The position numbers and the translations under genes are program-made. A DNA stretch of 64,000 bases from Zygnema circumcarinatum SAG 698-1b (taxonomy: Eukaryota; Plantae; Zygnematophyceae). This document shows positions 46,601-60,100 of the stretch, in pieces (position 1 is the first letter of the stretch; each line of letters begins with the position of its first letter). Location: positions 2,283,580-2,347,579 of the forward strand of contig CM074819.1 in assembly GCA_037447605.1 (NCBI GenBank). The letters are read 5' to 3'. Under the pieces are notes generated by a model. That model saw nothing but the letters and a program-made list of their open reading frames with translations. It searched no databases and was not told the origin of the DNA.

Positions 46601-49600
46601 CTGTCTGACTTGTGTTGCAGACATTGGTGGGAGATTACCTCGGGGAGTATGACGAATTCCATGTGGCTGTAATGCATGCTTATGTGGATAGCATGAGCTT
46701 CGAGAATATGAAATTTGACCAGGCCATTCGTGAGTTCTTAAAGGGATTTCGATTACCAGGGGAAGCGCAGAAAATTGATCGCATCATGGAAAAGTTTGCT
46801 GAAAGGTGGAAGCCATCAGCCATCTTTTTCAATTCATTCGTGGGATCCCGACTAGCTCTCAGTTTTTGCTGTCCTAAGGGTGCTAACATTATTTTGCCGC
46901 CGGTTTTAGGGTGAATCCGCTTGGATATGTCATTCGTTGCTTAGATTGTGGTATTTTTCTGTGCACAGATACTGTCGCGACAATCCCGGAGTTTTTAAGA
47001 CAGCAGACACAGCTTATGTGCTCGCTTACGCTGTCATCATGCTGAACACGGATGCCCACAATCCAGTCGTGACAGCAAAGATGACGAAGGCAGACTTTGT
47101 GCGCATCAACTCAGGCATGGATGGAGAAGAAGGAGCTCCTGTGCCGTTGCTGGAGGAGATTTACGATTCCATCGTTGCTAATGAAATTAAGTTGAAGGAC
47201 GACGGTCCGGCTTCAGGAAAAGGAGCACGGAGGCAGGCAGAAGAGCGAGTGCGAGTGGTGGCCGTTCTGAATCTCGCCACTCCGCGAAAGAGAAGTGCGT
47301 CAGATACTAAGCTGGTGAGTCGTACCTTCTGGGGACCTCGCCAATTGTGCTTGACGAGTTTTAAACGTACGTAGAGAAAGCTGGCTGCAAATGAGTCTAG
47401 GGTAAGTTTGTATACCACCGAAACTTTGCGATGTGCAATGGGGTTGTGTCTCTGCCCAAGTTACAGTTCTGTACAATCATGAGTGTTTCGCTCAATGTTC
47501 TCGAAAAAGTCTTGTCGAGTGATCTAACTCATTCTCAGTATGGCTGAGTCCACCGATAGGGGTAAAAGCCCACAGCCATAGACACTGTTGTCTGGTGTTT
47601 TCTATTGTTCTGCTCACTCCAACAAGTAGACTTTTGAGCTTTTCCGATCATTTGTGGTTGAATTAAAGTGCATAAACCTATTTTGTTATCCGCTTAGTAG
47701 CTGAAAACAAGGAACTAATATTTATTGCCATTTTCCAAGATATGTTAGCCGCTAGTTGTAACAAATAAACTACATGACAAAGCACCGTCATGCTGCTTCA
47801 TTTCACATGCATCGGCTGGTCCATCTGCGCATTTATACGTATGGCATCTCTCAGCATGTTGTTCTTGCGTTAAAGAGAGAAAGGGAATTGCACTCCCTTT
47901 CTTGAGTTACTTGAGTTGGATCTGCTGCTTTCAGGCCCTCCGTGTCTTAAAGTTTCAAAATCACTTGCATTCAGTGGAAAACTGTCTGGCTTCTGCTTGA
48001 ATACTTCTGTGAATTGAACTTTCCTCTGAAGGCTGCCAAGAGCTTCAGCAACTTCTTACGGCAATGCATCCCTTGTTACATAGAAGGTGCTTGCGCCCGT
48101 TGGTTCGTCTTTTCGTCCCTTCCACAAGTGCTGCAAGTCATTTTGCCTCTGCAGGAAAGCGAAGAGATAGTGCGGCGCACGCAGGCGCTGGTGAAGAGCA
48201 GCGGCGCGAAGCGCGGTGTGTTCCACACGGCCCGCCACGCGGAGCTGGCGCGGCCCATGCTCGAGGCGGTCGGCTGGCCGCTGCTCGCCGCCTTCTCCGT
48301 CACCATGGAGGACAGCGAGAGCAGGCCGCGCATCGCGCTGTGCATGGAGGGCTTCAGGCTCGGCATCCATCTCACCAAACTGTTGGGAATGGAAACCATG
48401 CGCTACGCCCTCTTGACTTCGCTTGTGAGGCAAGTGTTGGATGTGCTTTGGGATGGAAAGGTGGTTGCCAGAACACAATGAAAAAAACAATGGCGACTTC
48501 GATTGTGTGTTGTAAAGGCATTCTAAGCTTAATCCTTTTTGTTAAGGTGTAGCCCTCAGATAATGACTGAGAGAATTTGTCTGTGTCCTGCAGATTCACA
48601 TTCCTCCATGCGCCAAAGGAGATGCGTCCCAAAAATGTGGAGGCGTTGAAGACTCTTCTCACAATGGCTGAGCAGGAGCCGGATGCCCTGCAGGTTCGTT
48701 AGGGGCTTCCTCACGTTGACAAGTTCGGCAGGACGGGCACTATAAGGGGAGAAGGGAGCTGATGTGGAGGATTGGTGTTGTTATTCTGTCATTTTTTAAC
48801 TCAGAGAAGTTGTTCTGGATGATTCAGGATGCCTGGAATGCTGTGCTTGAATGCATATCACGCTTGGAGCACATCACTTCTACTCCAGCTCTGTCTGGAA
48901 TCTTGATGGGTACAACCAACCAGGCCTCAAAGGATGCATTGCTCGCTTCCCTGGTGGAGTTGGCAGGCAAACCCTCAGAGCAGGTAGCCGTTAGCTGCCT
49001 CTCGTGCGTACTGCGCCCAATGCCTCGTTTGCAGTTACCGAGTCATGTGACTTCGCAGCAAATTCCAGTTTGGCTCCTTATTACGTTGTGCTTACACTCT
49101 GTTTGGGAAGTGGCTCTTTTGGTTTGGTTATGCAGGTGTTTATCAACAGTTCGCAGCTGCCCAGTGACCAAGTAGTGGAATTTTTTACAGCCCTCTGTAG
49201 AGTATCTGCGGAGGAGCTCAAGCTTGTTCCGGCGCGAGTGTTTAGTTTGCAGAAGCTTGTGGAGATTAGTTACTATAACATGGTCCGCATCCGTATGGTG
49301 CGTCTTCTTGCCTCCAACCCCTTCTGCTGGATAGTCAGTTGTGATTACCTGTTGTTCTCCCTCGACTTCTGAGTTCTATACAGAATGTCACTTTCCCCTG
49401 TGCGTGTGCAAGCTGATCCTCTCGTGCAACCTAGCAAAGGTCTTCAGTTCTGTTTGTTCCGCTATAGCGGACACTGCGTATGTTTTCAGATGGGTGTCAA
49501 TGGAATCTCTTGCGATTATTTTGAGGCCATTGAACAGACTGTATTTCAGAGTCTGATGATCTGTCCTCCTTCGATTCGGCGGAGCAGGTGTGGGCGCGCA

Positions 49601-52600
49601 TATGGGCAGTGCTTTCTGCTCATTTTGTAGCAGCGGGGGGCCATTATGACGAGAAAATTGCTATGTATGCAATTGACTCGTTGAGGCAGCTGGCTATGAA
49701 GTACCTTGAACGCTCTGAGCTTGCACAGTTTACTTTCCAGAATGACATTATGAAGCCCTTTGTGGTGATAATGCGAACGAGCAAGAATTTGCAAATTCGT
49801 GAACTTATTATTCAATGCATTGTGCAGGTGAGAAGGGGACATACTGTCAGAGATAACTTGGAATAACCATGCTGATTAAGCATTGTTGCAATGGAATAAA
49901 GCAGCTACATTAATGAGGAAGTTGCTCTGCACTATTCTTGGCTTGTGTAGAAGTTGAGAACAGAATTGGCCCCAACTTTCCTCTTGCTGCAGATGATTCA
50001 CACGAAAGTGGCCTCCATCAAGTCGGGATGGAAGAGCATATTCATGGTTCTCACGACGGCGGCGGCCGACGTCGTGGTCTCGATTGTGGAAACGGCCTTC
50101 GAGAACGTCGAGCTCGGTAGAGCCCCCCCCCCCCCCCCGGGCTGCGTGCGCTCGGATGAAGCCTTCCTTACCCCCCTCTATGCTGGGCAGGGTTGCCCCT
50201 TCTCGTCACTTTGGAAGGAGCCAAATGCCTGGGGGAGTTTTGCAGGACCGTTGTCTGTTTTTTGGACTGATTTTACACAGTAACTGGTGGCATTGCAGTT
50301 GTTCTGGAGCATTTCGAGCAAGTGATGGGCGACTGCTTTATGGACTGTGTCAACTGCTTAATCGCTTTTGCAAACAATAAAGTCAGTCCCCGAATCAGCT
50401 TGAAGGCCATTGCTCTGCTACGAATATGTGAAGATCGGTTGGCAGAGGTGAAATATTCCCCATAAAAAACCCGTTGATTCTATGCTCCATTCTACGTCTG
50501 CCTACTTACATTTTTTGCTCTGATTGAACCATCAAACAGTTTAGAAAATTTCTCAACGTTCATAACTTCGAATTGGTGCTCCCTCAAGGGTGAATGATTG
50601 TGTGCATCATAAGGATTGGCCTTCACGAGCTTACGGACCTCTTCCTGCACATGCATATGAAGGTTTTTACCTGCTTACACATGATCTGACTGTTGTGAAT
50701 CTCAGGGACGAGTTCCTGGCGGCGCATCACGACCGGTGAATGATGGGGAAAAGGCGAACGACCTTGAGGTGGCCGAGTACTATTGGTTCCCAATGCTGGC
50801 GGGCCTGTCCGACCTCACATCCGACCCTCGCCTGGAGGTCAGAAATTGTGCCTTGGAAGTGCTGTTCGGCCTGCTGAAAGAGAGGGGCCACAGCTTTTCG
50901 ACCCCGTTCTGGGAGACTGTCTTCGAGCGCGTCCTGTTTCCCATCTTCGACTATGTGCGGCACGCCGGCAGCGATGGGGCGAGGCCGGCGTCGGCGGATC
51001 TATGGCTGCTCGACACGTCCATTCACTGCCTCCACCTGCTGTGCGACCTGTTTTGCAGCTTCTATAAGGTTGGCTTTTCAATGCCGTCACATCCTCGAAA
51101 TTTTTATGTTGGTAGTATACGTATAGGGAGCGACAAATTCCGGACGTCCGAACACATCGTGATTCCGCTTCAGAAAGCTATATGTGATGAAGGACGCATT
51201 AAGGAAGTCAACGCCACCATTTATATAAGGGCATATCCATGGTCAAGCTTGTTCCAAGCATCTCGTATGACACTCATGGCTCTCAAATTGCTTTCTTGAA
51301 CTAATCTCCCTAAGCTATATAGGGAAGATGCTCCTTGTTTGTATATAAGTATTGGCAGTCCAAAGCATGTTCAAGTTTGTGGTTTTTCCACCTGTATTTT
51401 CAACAGGCGGTTTCATTTCTTTTGCCGAACCTGTTGGGGCTGCTCTTGGACTGCGCCACTCGGTTGGACCAAGGCTTGGCGGCCATAGCCGTGGGAGCGT
51501 TGCTGCGGCTCATGGACACGGGGGGCGCGCAGTTCAGCGCCGGGGACTGGGAGGACCTGCTCGACAGCATCCGGTGTGCCCCTGAACGCACCCGGAACGA
51601 TTCTGTTGTGATTTTTTCTTGGGGGGGGGGGGGGGGACCGCGCTGTGCATGCCGTTTGCTGTGGCAGCAGGTGATCAGGAGTTGCAAAAGTGTTTCCTAG
51701 CTTCGTTTTCAAAACATTCCGCGGCCTGTAGCTTGCAACTCATCAATGTGTTCTTGCCTTTGTAAGGTCAAATATGTAGCGCACGCCTTAAGAAATTGAA
51801 CATCCAGAAGTTACGAGTGGCGGGGACTGGTATGTAGTCTCCGAAGGTTCTAATTCGAGTCATTGAAGATCATTGGGCATTTCTATTGCCCACTGGTTAA
51901 ACCTCTAAAAGTCGTTTTCATTGACTTTGTCTAAATCCGCTCAGGACGATGTTCTGTCTGTTGAGACAATGGACACGCAATATGAAGGGTTAGTCAAAGG
52001 GGATATAGATGCATGGGCCGGTCAGACGTCATAGAGGCTCGGGAGCCATCATGGAGCAATTTGGGGGTTTATGAATGATCTGCTTTTTTATGAACGTATC
52101 GCGAGTTCACAGATTATCTGTCAGTCTTCGTTTAAAGATACGAGTTCGACTGCTGCAGTTGTGACTCCTTTGTCGGTGGATGTGTCCAGACACGCGAGCA
52201 TGCTGACGCAGCCTTCAGAACTCCTCGACTTGGGAAGTGGGGAGAACGGAGCAGTTGTGAACCGTAGTCCCAATTTGAAACCAAAGATACCTATTCCCCG
52301 TGGCAATGAGGCCGATCACCTTTTCCCTCAGTCAGGTACACAAGGAGAGGAAGCCGTAATCAAGGAGAGTAAGAAAAACAACAATGGCGGGAAAGATCAG
52401 CAAGATCAACTGGATACCGATTTCACGCAGGGTGGAGGGGGAGAGTCTGAGGGAGCAGCTGCCCTCGAGCAGGATACGTCTGCAAATGGAAGAATGGAAG
52501 GGCGTGCAGATACCATCATGTCCTCCAACAACGGGAATGATCCTCAGGCTGGAAGGGTAGCAGAAGGAAACGAAATTGAGCTCTCAGTTGAGTTGAAAGG

Positions 52601-55600
52601 TGAGTTCTGCATGTTTGGAAGGTTGCAGCCATGTCGAAAAGCAGGCAAATGATTGCAAGGGTGCCTCAATTGGTGCGTCTTCTTTCCAGTAGGGCTTTGA
52701 ATCACGCGGTCTTGAAACTTTTGCCTTGTGTGCCTACTTCATTTCGGTTCTCGAAGATTTCAGGAGGCTCAGAAACATCCATCTCCTTGAATTTTGCAGA
52801 TGGCAAAGGATTATTCGGAGGCAGTGCAGCAAGTAAGGGGATTATGGGTTCCATGATGGATTCTTTGCTGCTGAAGAATTTGAATGTTAAAGCCAGCGCA
52901 CAGAATCGCCCCTTGGAAGTTTCGACTTTGCCATCCACCCCTCCAGTATGTCTTCACACCTATAGACCCCGGAATGTCTGCTTGTATGTTTGTGACTGGG
53001 AGTCGTGCGACGCTTGTCAAAGCACCACTGAGTTGATTGTAGGGGGAACACGCTACAACGAGAAGCTTTATGAAAGAACAATGCCGATAATTTCATTGTC
53101 GTAAAAATCAACTTGTTTACCCCGGAAAAGAGAACTTGGGGAGACCTGGGCTCATCTGACAGCACTGCCAGTACGGTGAAACTGAAGAAAGCTGTTGACA
53201 ATAAGGGTGTGATTCCTCGGAAAAGCTGTGATTTGCCATCTTCATTTCTCCGCATTAATGCCATCAGTGATGCCAGAGAGCCTTCCGACTAATGTTGCTG
53301 GCGCAGTTTCACGTCCAATATCCATTTATTCTTATGTTCAGCATGATGTACTTCTGGTATTTCTCCTAGCGTTTTTCAATTGTAGCCTTTCAAGAGGAAG
53401 AAATTTCGTCATCCTCCCAACGAGCCTCCCAAGGCTGGGGCCAGTGATTTCGGAGCAGGAAGCAAAATGGAAATCCATCTGCTTCCTTGTGTTTCTGTGT
53501 TCATACAATTTTGTTCCTAGCTGAGATTCATTCTTCCGTCACTCATGAAATGTGGCATGGATTCCTGCAGGTGGAATCCGGGGAAGAACCTGTGTCAAGT
53601 ACTGAAAATCAGGATACTCATGAAGTCTCTGATGTCATTCGCACCAAGAGCTATGTGCAGCTGCTGCTACTCAATGCCCTGGACCACCTACAGGTGTGCT
53701 GCCAAAATGTCTGCCGGGACTGCTTGTGCTCTCTTCGATGTGATTGTTTTTGCCGGCAGGCCTCTTAACGAGCGTTAAAGATCTATATTTCTTGAATATT
53801 GCACCGGATCATTGGTCAGTACACTGCGAGAGTTTCACTTGGTAAACAATTCCATTTAATATGCGATGACTAAGTTGGGCGAAGGGCAATTCAGACTTTA
53901 AAGCACTTAGTAGTCAATTAGGCAGGGATGTAGGAGAAATTAGGCACTGAAATTTGCCATCCTCCCATATATGACAAGACGGAATCTGCTGGTTGATGAG
54001 GTATACTGAATTGTAATCCTTTCTAGGTTGACCTATCCTGACGCGCTACTCTTTGATTTTCACCTCATGAATAGGCCAAGCACTGGAGCCGGTTGGGAAC
54101 AAGCCATAAACGGCAGCTTCTGGACTATGTCCAAACAATGGTGGAGTTTGCTGCTGCGTACAATTCTCACCAGAACCTTAGGACCCGCATGATGCACACC
54201 TTCGCAGACAGGTGCCTCAGCCGGCCTATACTCAGAAGGGCCTGTCTTGCAAAGTGGCCGTATTTGGCAAGCGGATGTTTAACAGAGTTCAAACAGTTGA
54301 TCGCGTGGAGCTTCAAGTGTTGGATGAACTCTTTGCAGATTTTCACATATCAAGTGTCGAAAAGAGAGAACTCTTTTTTATGCAAAACTAAGCAGATAGG
54401 TGCAGAAGCTTGTCGTCTTAGTCTCATGTCCCCCTTGTCTGAGTTGTCGGCATAATCACCTTGGTTGTGCTTCCTTGTGTGCGACAAGGAATAGGCAATC
54501 TCTTCCTATACATTCACTGACATAGCTTTTGCCCGTTACAGACCTCCTCCCAGCCTTTTGAGGCAGGAAACTGCCGGGACGCAGCTTTATCTCACCACAT
54601 TGCTGCGCGCCATCGATGATCCGGCAGTCGACCAGTTGCCGCCATCATTCGCTGATAAAATTCCGATGGCTGCTGTACCGCTCTTGAAGAAGTTTCAAAT
54701 TCAGCGTGCTAACGGATCAGCTCAGCCTGCAGCAGCAGCAGCACAAGTGTCAAATTCCGAGGACGACGAACTGGCGCTGAGAGGGGAGGCGGAAGAGAGG
54801 CTCCTCAATTTCTGCCGCACCATCCTCGCCTCTGCAGCGTCGTTGCAGCCTAGCTCGGGGGAGGCTGTGGAGGCAGAGATACACCGCTCGTTGGCTTTGA
54901 GAGCCCCCGTGGTTGCCAAGGTATGGGCAGAACTCGTTTCCTGCCGCTGTATGCTCTGCGGACCTGAAGTCTGCTTGCTTGTCTGAGACCCTTAGCAGCT
55001 AATTAATTTTTAACGGCCTTTCGAATGATCTCCTAAGCTTTTGCTCGTGAGGATCTGCATTTGTTCACAACTGTGAATGCGATCCGATGCGATGCGTGAT
55101 CCTGACCAGAGGCCTTGCATTGAATGCAGGTACTATTGACGCTCAGCCATGTGGACAGATCCACATTCAACCGGTTCATTCCAGAACTCTACCCTCAGTG
55201 CACTCGCCTCATCTGCAGTGATCAGGTACAGCTGCAGAAGCGCTTATTTTCTTTAATGAAAGAATGCTTCTCAATTCTAAGCATCACCGCATGGGAACTG
55301 TACCGTGCCTACTGTTCGACTCTCATTCCGACCATCACTGATCACTAACTTGCCAGTCACAATCATCCGTGCTGGCTGCGTTCGGCTTGTGACCCTTATT
55401 GTGCCGCTTGTTGGTTGCACGCTTACAGCTGATTGTGTGTCAAGTTTCGTTGTTTCCTTCACTTTTTGCTGCAAGTATGAGATTCGTTGTCTTGATGTTG
55501 ATCCTGCATACAATGTAAAAGCAGGTCGGCTCTAGGAAGCTAACTTTGAGGCCAAGTACTTGAGAGTCTGCAACAGACGTTCCTAGTTTGTAAGGTACAA

Positions 55601-55779
55601 GCGAAAGGGCTTGACTGTCTCCATTTTCCTTGCGCTTCACCTCTCAATGGTGTGGCAGAAGCGCAGATTTTGTCTTGTCAAACTTAACGGATGCCATTTT
55701 CCTTGAGCGGCCGCAGATGGAGATTCGAAAAGCGTTGGGAGAACTCTTCAAGGCGCAGCTCACCGCTTTGATTCCATAG
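40692..55779 (+). CDS. BIG5: Large ARF guanine-nucleotide exchange factor, BIG5/MIN7 type (DCB-HUS-Sec7-HDS), many exons
   Basis: N-terminus [21 protein letters not shown] and C-terminus [20 protein letters not shown] resemble plant BIG5. [21 protein letters not shown]; Sec7 [20 protein letters not shown] and [18 protein letters not shown]; [22 protein letters not shown]. Confidence 0.93.
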
Positions 55780-56199
55780 CTGGCTTGGGGAGGCTGACGA
55801 CGGAGGACTCAGCCGGCGTAGTGCCAATTGCAAAAGTCGGCCTGTCTCAACGATTTTGCTCGTTTCTATTTCTGTTTTGTGCAAACCGTAGCTTGTCCAT
55901 AATAGATTGCAGGTGACATTCTTGCCAGGAGGCCGCCAGAGGCTCGCCAGGTACTGCAGGTGGATATTTTGCGCTGCCATCTTTGTCATATTGAAGTCGT
56001 GCTGCATCTGGACTTTTGAATGGAAGCACCGGCCTTGTGGCCACATTGGCGTCTGCAATTGCGTGCCATGCTGGATGAGCTTGCGGCTCCTGACCTCCGC
56101 GTGACCTCTCGAGTTCAGCTTTAGTACATAAACCTCATGGGTTCATGAGTTGAGTGACGGCGCACATGTCTGTGCATGTAGCCTTTGGCTGTCGATTTA

Positions 56200-56405
56200 G
56201 TTCACTGTGGGCTGCAACCCAAGCAGAGCAAAGCAGAGCAGAGCAATGCACTAGTATCACAGCAGAGCAAGAGCAGAGCAATGCAAGCAGAGCAGAGCAA
56301 TGCAAGCAGAGCACAGCAAGCAGAACAGAGGAGCAGAGCAAGAGGAGCGGAGCCAGCTGCAGAGCAAAGCAGAGCAGAAATAAAGCAGAGCACACGAAGA
56401 GCATG
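56200..56405. repeat. Imperfect AGCAG/AGCA-rich low-complexity repeat between the convergent BIG5 and TRN1 3' ends
   Basis: Repeated GCAGAGCA/GCAAAGCA units are visible. Confidence 0.8.
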
Positions 56406-57113
56406 GCAAACCAAACACGTCATCAGTGAATTGAGAGCTCACGGGCAGTAGAGCTCTCACAACACAGCACAACGCCGTTGCACGTTGTTGCAATTCAGAG
56501 CGCTTACGCGAACAAAGAAGCTGAAGGTCACAAATGCCTTGCCGGCAGAAAGTGGCGTCCCCTGACCGTCCTCACATGTCCATTCGCTGTCACGGTAACC
56601 CTGACGAGCAACCCGAGGCGCTCCTGCCCCCCTAAAAACCCGACTCGCAATCGGCTCAACAGCAGCAGAGCCAACGAGATGGGGCAAGAAACTGAGGAGA
56701 GCAAAAGTGCAAGCGCTGTTGTCCCCACGGCTGGCGAGGTAGGCATGGCCGCTCCCAGAGGATGGTGCCCCCGACAAGAGATCAAGAACCGCCTTGGTGC
56801 CCTTTATTCCACACCGCTGCTGCACTGAACTGAGCGCACAATTTCCATCGAAATGTGATTCGCTTCTCTTTCTACAATTGAACTCGCGCATCAAATTATG
56901 ACGACATTAAATCAAAGCTGCAACTGTCCTACTACGGTCCCGACTAGCTGCAAGCATCTGCAATCTACAAGCAATGCGCCTCCTGCGCCTTTACCGGTCC
57001 CGGCACAAAGCGCTCGCCGTGAAGGCCCGCAATTTCAGCTGCGTGGCTCCAGCAGGCCGAACCGCCAAGGGCAGGCAGCCGTCCGCAAAACCTGGCATCG
57101 GCACCGCGGCTTG

Positions 57114-60100
57114 TCACACGCTGTACTTTTCTGCAAGCTTTTGCCTCAAAGCAGGATCGAGCGAAGCCATGCACTTGTCCCACTCTCCTCCCATCATCTG
57201 TTTCCACCCCCGCCCCCACCCGCCGCGCTGTTAGTTCCTGTTCACCAAAAGCGAGGGAGACGCCGTGAAGAGGAGTCTCCCAACACGACCTGTTGGTGTT
57301 TCACTCATCAGCGAAGTACAACACACGCGGAGGAGCACAGGTGGCAACATGCCAGGCTTGGAACATCTCGGAACGAGCGTGCAACTATCGACCCTCCGGC
57401 CTGCGCGCAAAGTGAACTTCACCTGTTTCAAGCCCTGCAGCACCTGACCAATGTCTGTCCGCAGGTCTTGCGCATGAATCTCCTGCTTCCACCCATCTTG
57501 CAACGTTAGCACCCGTTCCACGTGCATATGACAGCATGCATGCAGCATTGCAGGCTATGAAGGAAGTGTGCTCATACATGCCAGCTTCCAACTGCCGTAC
57601 ATATATGCACCAAATGTTGCGCTCCGCCTTGGGGAAACACCCGAATCTGCGCTCATGGAGGTAGAAGACCCATCAGCTGACAAGCTGGGGGCTGCTATAA
57701 GCCCATACTATCTCAGAAGGGCACACCTTCAGTTCTAGAACACATGGTTTCGTATCCAAGAGAATCACAGCAGGCATCGTGGCCTTCAACACCTGAAGGG
57801 GACAACCACAGCAGCAAAAACGCTCAACAAGCGGACCCACCATTGCACAAAGGCCTCGAAATGCGTCTTCTTTCTCCACCCCATCACGAATCCTGCACGG
57901 AAAACGAGCCTTCATTTTACTAGGTCCTTGACGCACGGAGGATACTAAAACAGGCCAATTCAAGGTGCTACGTGCTCATTAGTGGAGGTACCACACAACC
58001 GTCGACGAACTTGCGTTTCTCTGGAAAAACAATGGCAGCCCAAACCCAATCCCTATTCCCTCACAGACAAACCCGGCGCAGCACAACACATACGTCCGAA
58101 GGGCTCGACACCATTGCGGCAGAAAGTATGGCAATTGCGGGGCCAGCAGATCCGGACATGCCCATCCCAGGCGGCCAATGGTAATGGCGCTGTTCTCCAC
58201 CAGAGAGGACGGCGGGGGCACCTCCTTCGGCGCCTGCAATGCGCGTAAGCCGTGTCAGAGCGGGCCACAAGATCGTATAAGAACATCACAGAGGTGAAGA
58301 GCACTACAGGTATCAGTCAGGTCACAAAGCAGGTGGTGGTCCCCAAGGAACGCACCTCTTGGGGACCTAGAATGGGCCCAATGCTCTTGAGCATATCCTC
58401 CAGAAAAGGAGCAATCTCTTCCCTCATCTGCAAACAATAAACAAGTTTTAAACATCAACAAACAAATTTCGAAAAATCATGTAACTGATTAGGTCAGGAT
58501 ATATCAGGTCATCAATCCACGGAGCGAATCCAGAAAGATTGCCTCAGTTCGGATACCATTTGAATCCCTGCCAATGATGACTACATACCTTCCCAAAGCA
58601 ATCATTGGGATATGAGATCTGAGATCTTATTGCAAAATAGACATGAACGCCAAGATAAAAACTGCTGACAAGAAATCACTTAGAAAGCCCTTCAGCTAGA
58701 CGAGTAGCCATTGACGACAGCACTCACAACCAGCCAGCCCCCATTACCACAGCTAGCCGTTTTCCACTTCGAATTTAAGTGTTTGAAAACAATAACTGCG
58801 AATGGAATTTTCACATGCCTACGGGACCCCTCCCGAATTTCAGTCTACTTGCATTTCGGAATTCCCATAGATTGTCACAAAATATAGGATTCTATATGCT
58901 GCAGACAGTAAGGGACCCCGGTCCTTGCGGAACAGGCCACTGGCCAAAGGACGGATCCTCAGTTGCTACAAGTGAAAGTGACTCTCCGTCTCCACGCTAA
59001 TGGTCAATGGCGACTGGAAGGAGGCACGTAAGGACTCTACAACTCGGGACCCACTCTCATTCGCAGGCATGTAAGCCAGTAGGGGCCACAGGGCTGCTCC
59101 CCTAAAACAGCTGCCGGATCAGAGCACCCTCTAAGGAAGCGTCCTCAGTTTCCAAGAGAGCCAAAGCAGATGATATACCTCTGACGAAAGGACGGACAAA
59201 AGCTGACGAACAGACTTCAACAATGGGGACGAGGAGAGACAAATGAAACCTTGGTCATCAAAGACACAAGAGGAAAGGGTCCTACTGGTTACAAGCCATT
59301 CCTCGTCCACGCCTTGAGACCCATATGCAACAAAGGGTTTTAGCTCCCGTCCTTCAAAACAACAGAACCGATCCCCTTGCAACTCCAAAGTGTATTGAAA
59401 ATTTAAGCCCTTCAGATAAAAGGCCCACCTGTACTGCCATCTCTCCGATGGCCCAGCAGGCATTGTTTGCGACGCGTGACTTTTCCTCGCTGAAGGAATC
59501 CTCCTGTTTCTGCTTCCCAGGAGAGTCAACGTAAAGGCAGGTCAGAAACACGGAGGTCCGTAAAGGTCAGCGAAAACATGAGCAAACGACGAGGTACAAA
59601 AGAACTACACAGCAGGTCTCCATCAAACACAGCACGCATCAGCTGGATATAACCGAGTCAGCCATCTTCCGGCATACACACGCGTCGTATGAAACCCTCT
59701 CCCTGCAAGCTCACACAACAATGTACTCCAGACCAGTTTTGCCTCAACATTTTCCCGCGCATGCGAGCTTTCATGGATTCCACAAACATTAACAAACAAA
59801 TAAACCTAACCCTTGCATGATTATCAGCCTCTTCAAGCTGTATAGATTTTCGTCAGAGACCCAACCTCCGATAGCATTTCACAGCAGACAAACTCCTCCA
59901 TGGAACAACCTCGCAATAGTCTGGGACAGCTCACGCCTTTCGTCCTCAACCTCACAAAGACAAGATTCCAAAACATGGCAACACTGCTGGAATCTTGGGC
60001 GGTAGAACCCACCAGCTGAACCGTTGCTACCCTCAAAAAGTCGGACAAATGGGGGCGCAAGGAGTTTATGGAAGCCTGCAAACCCCTCCGACCCAAACAA

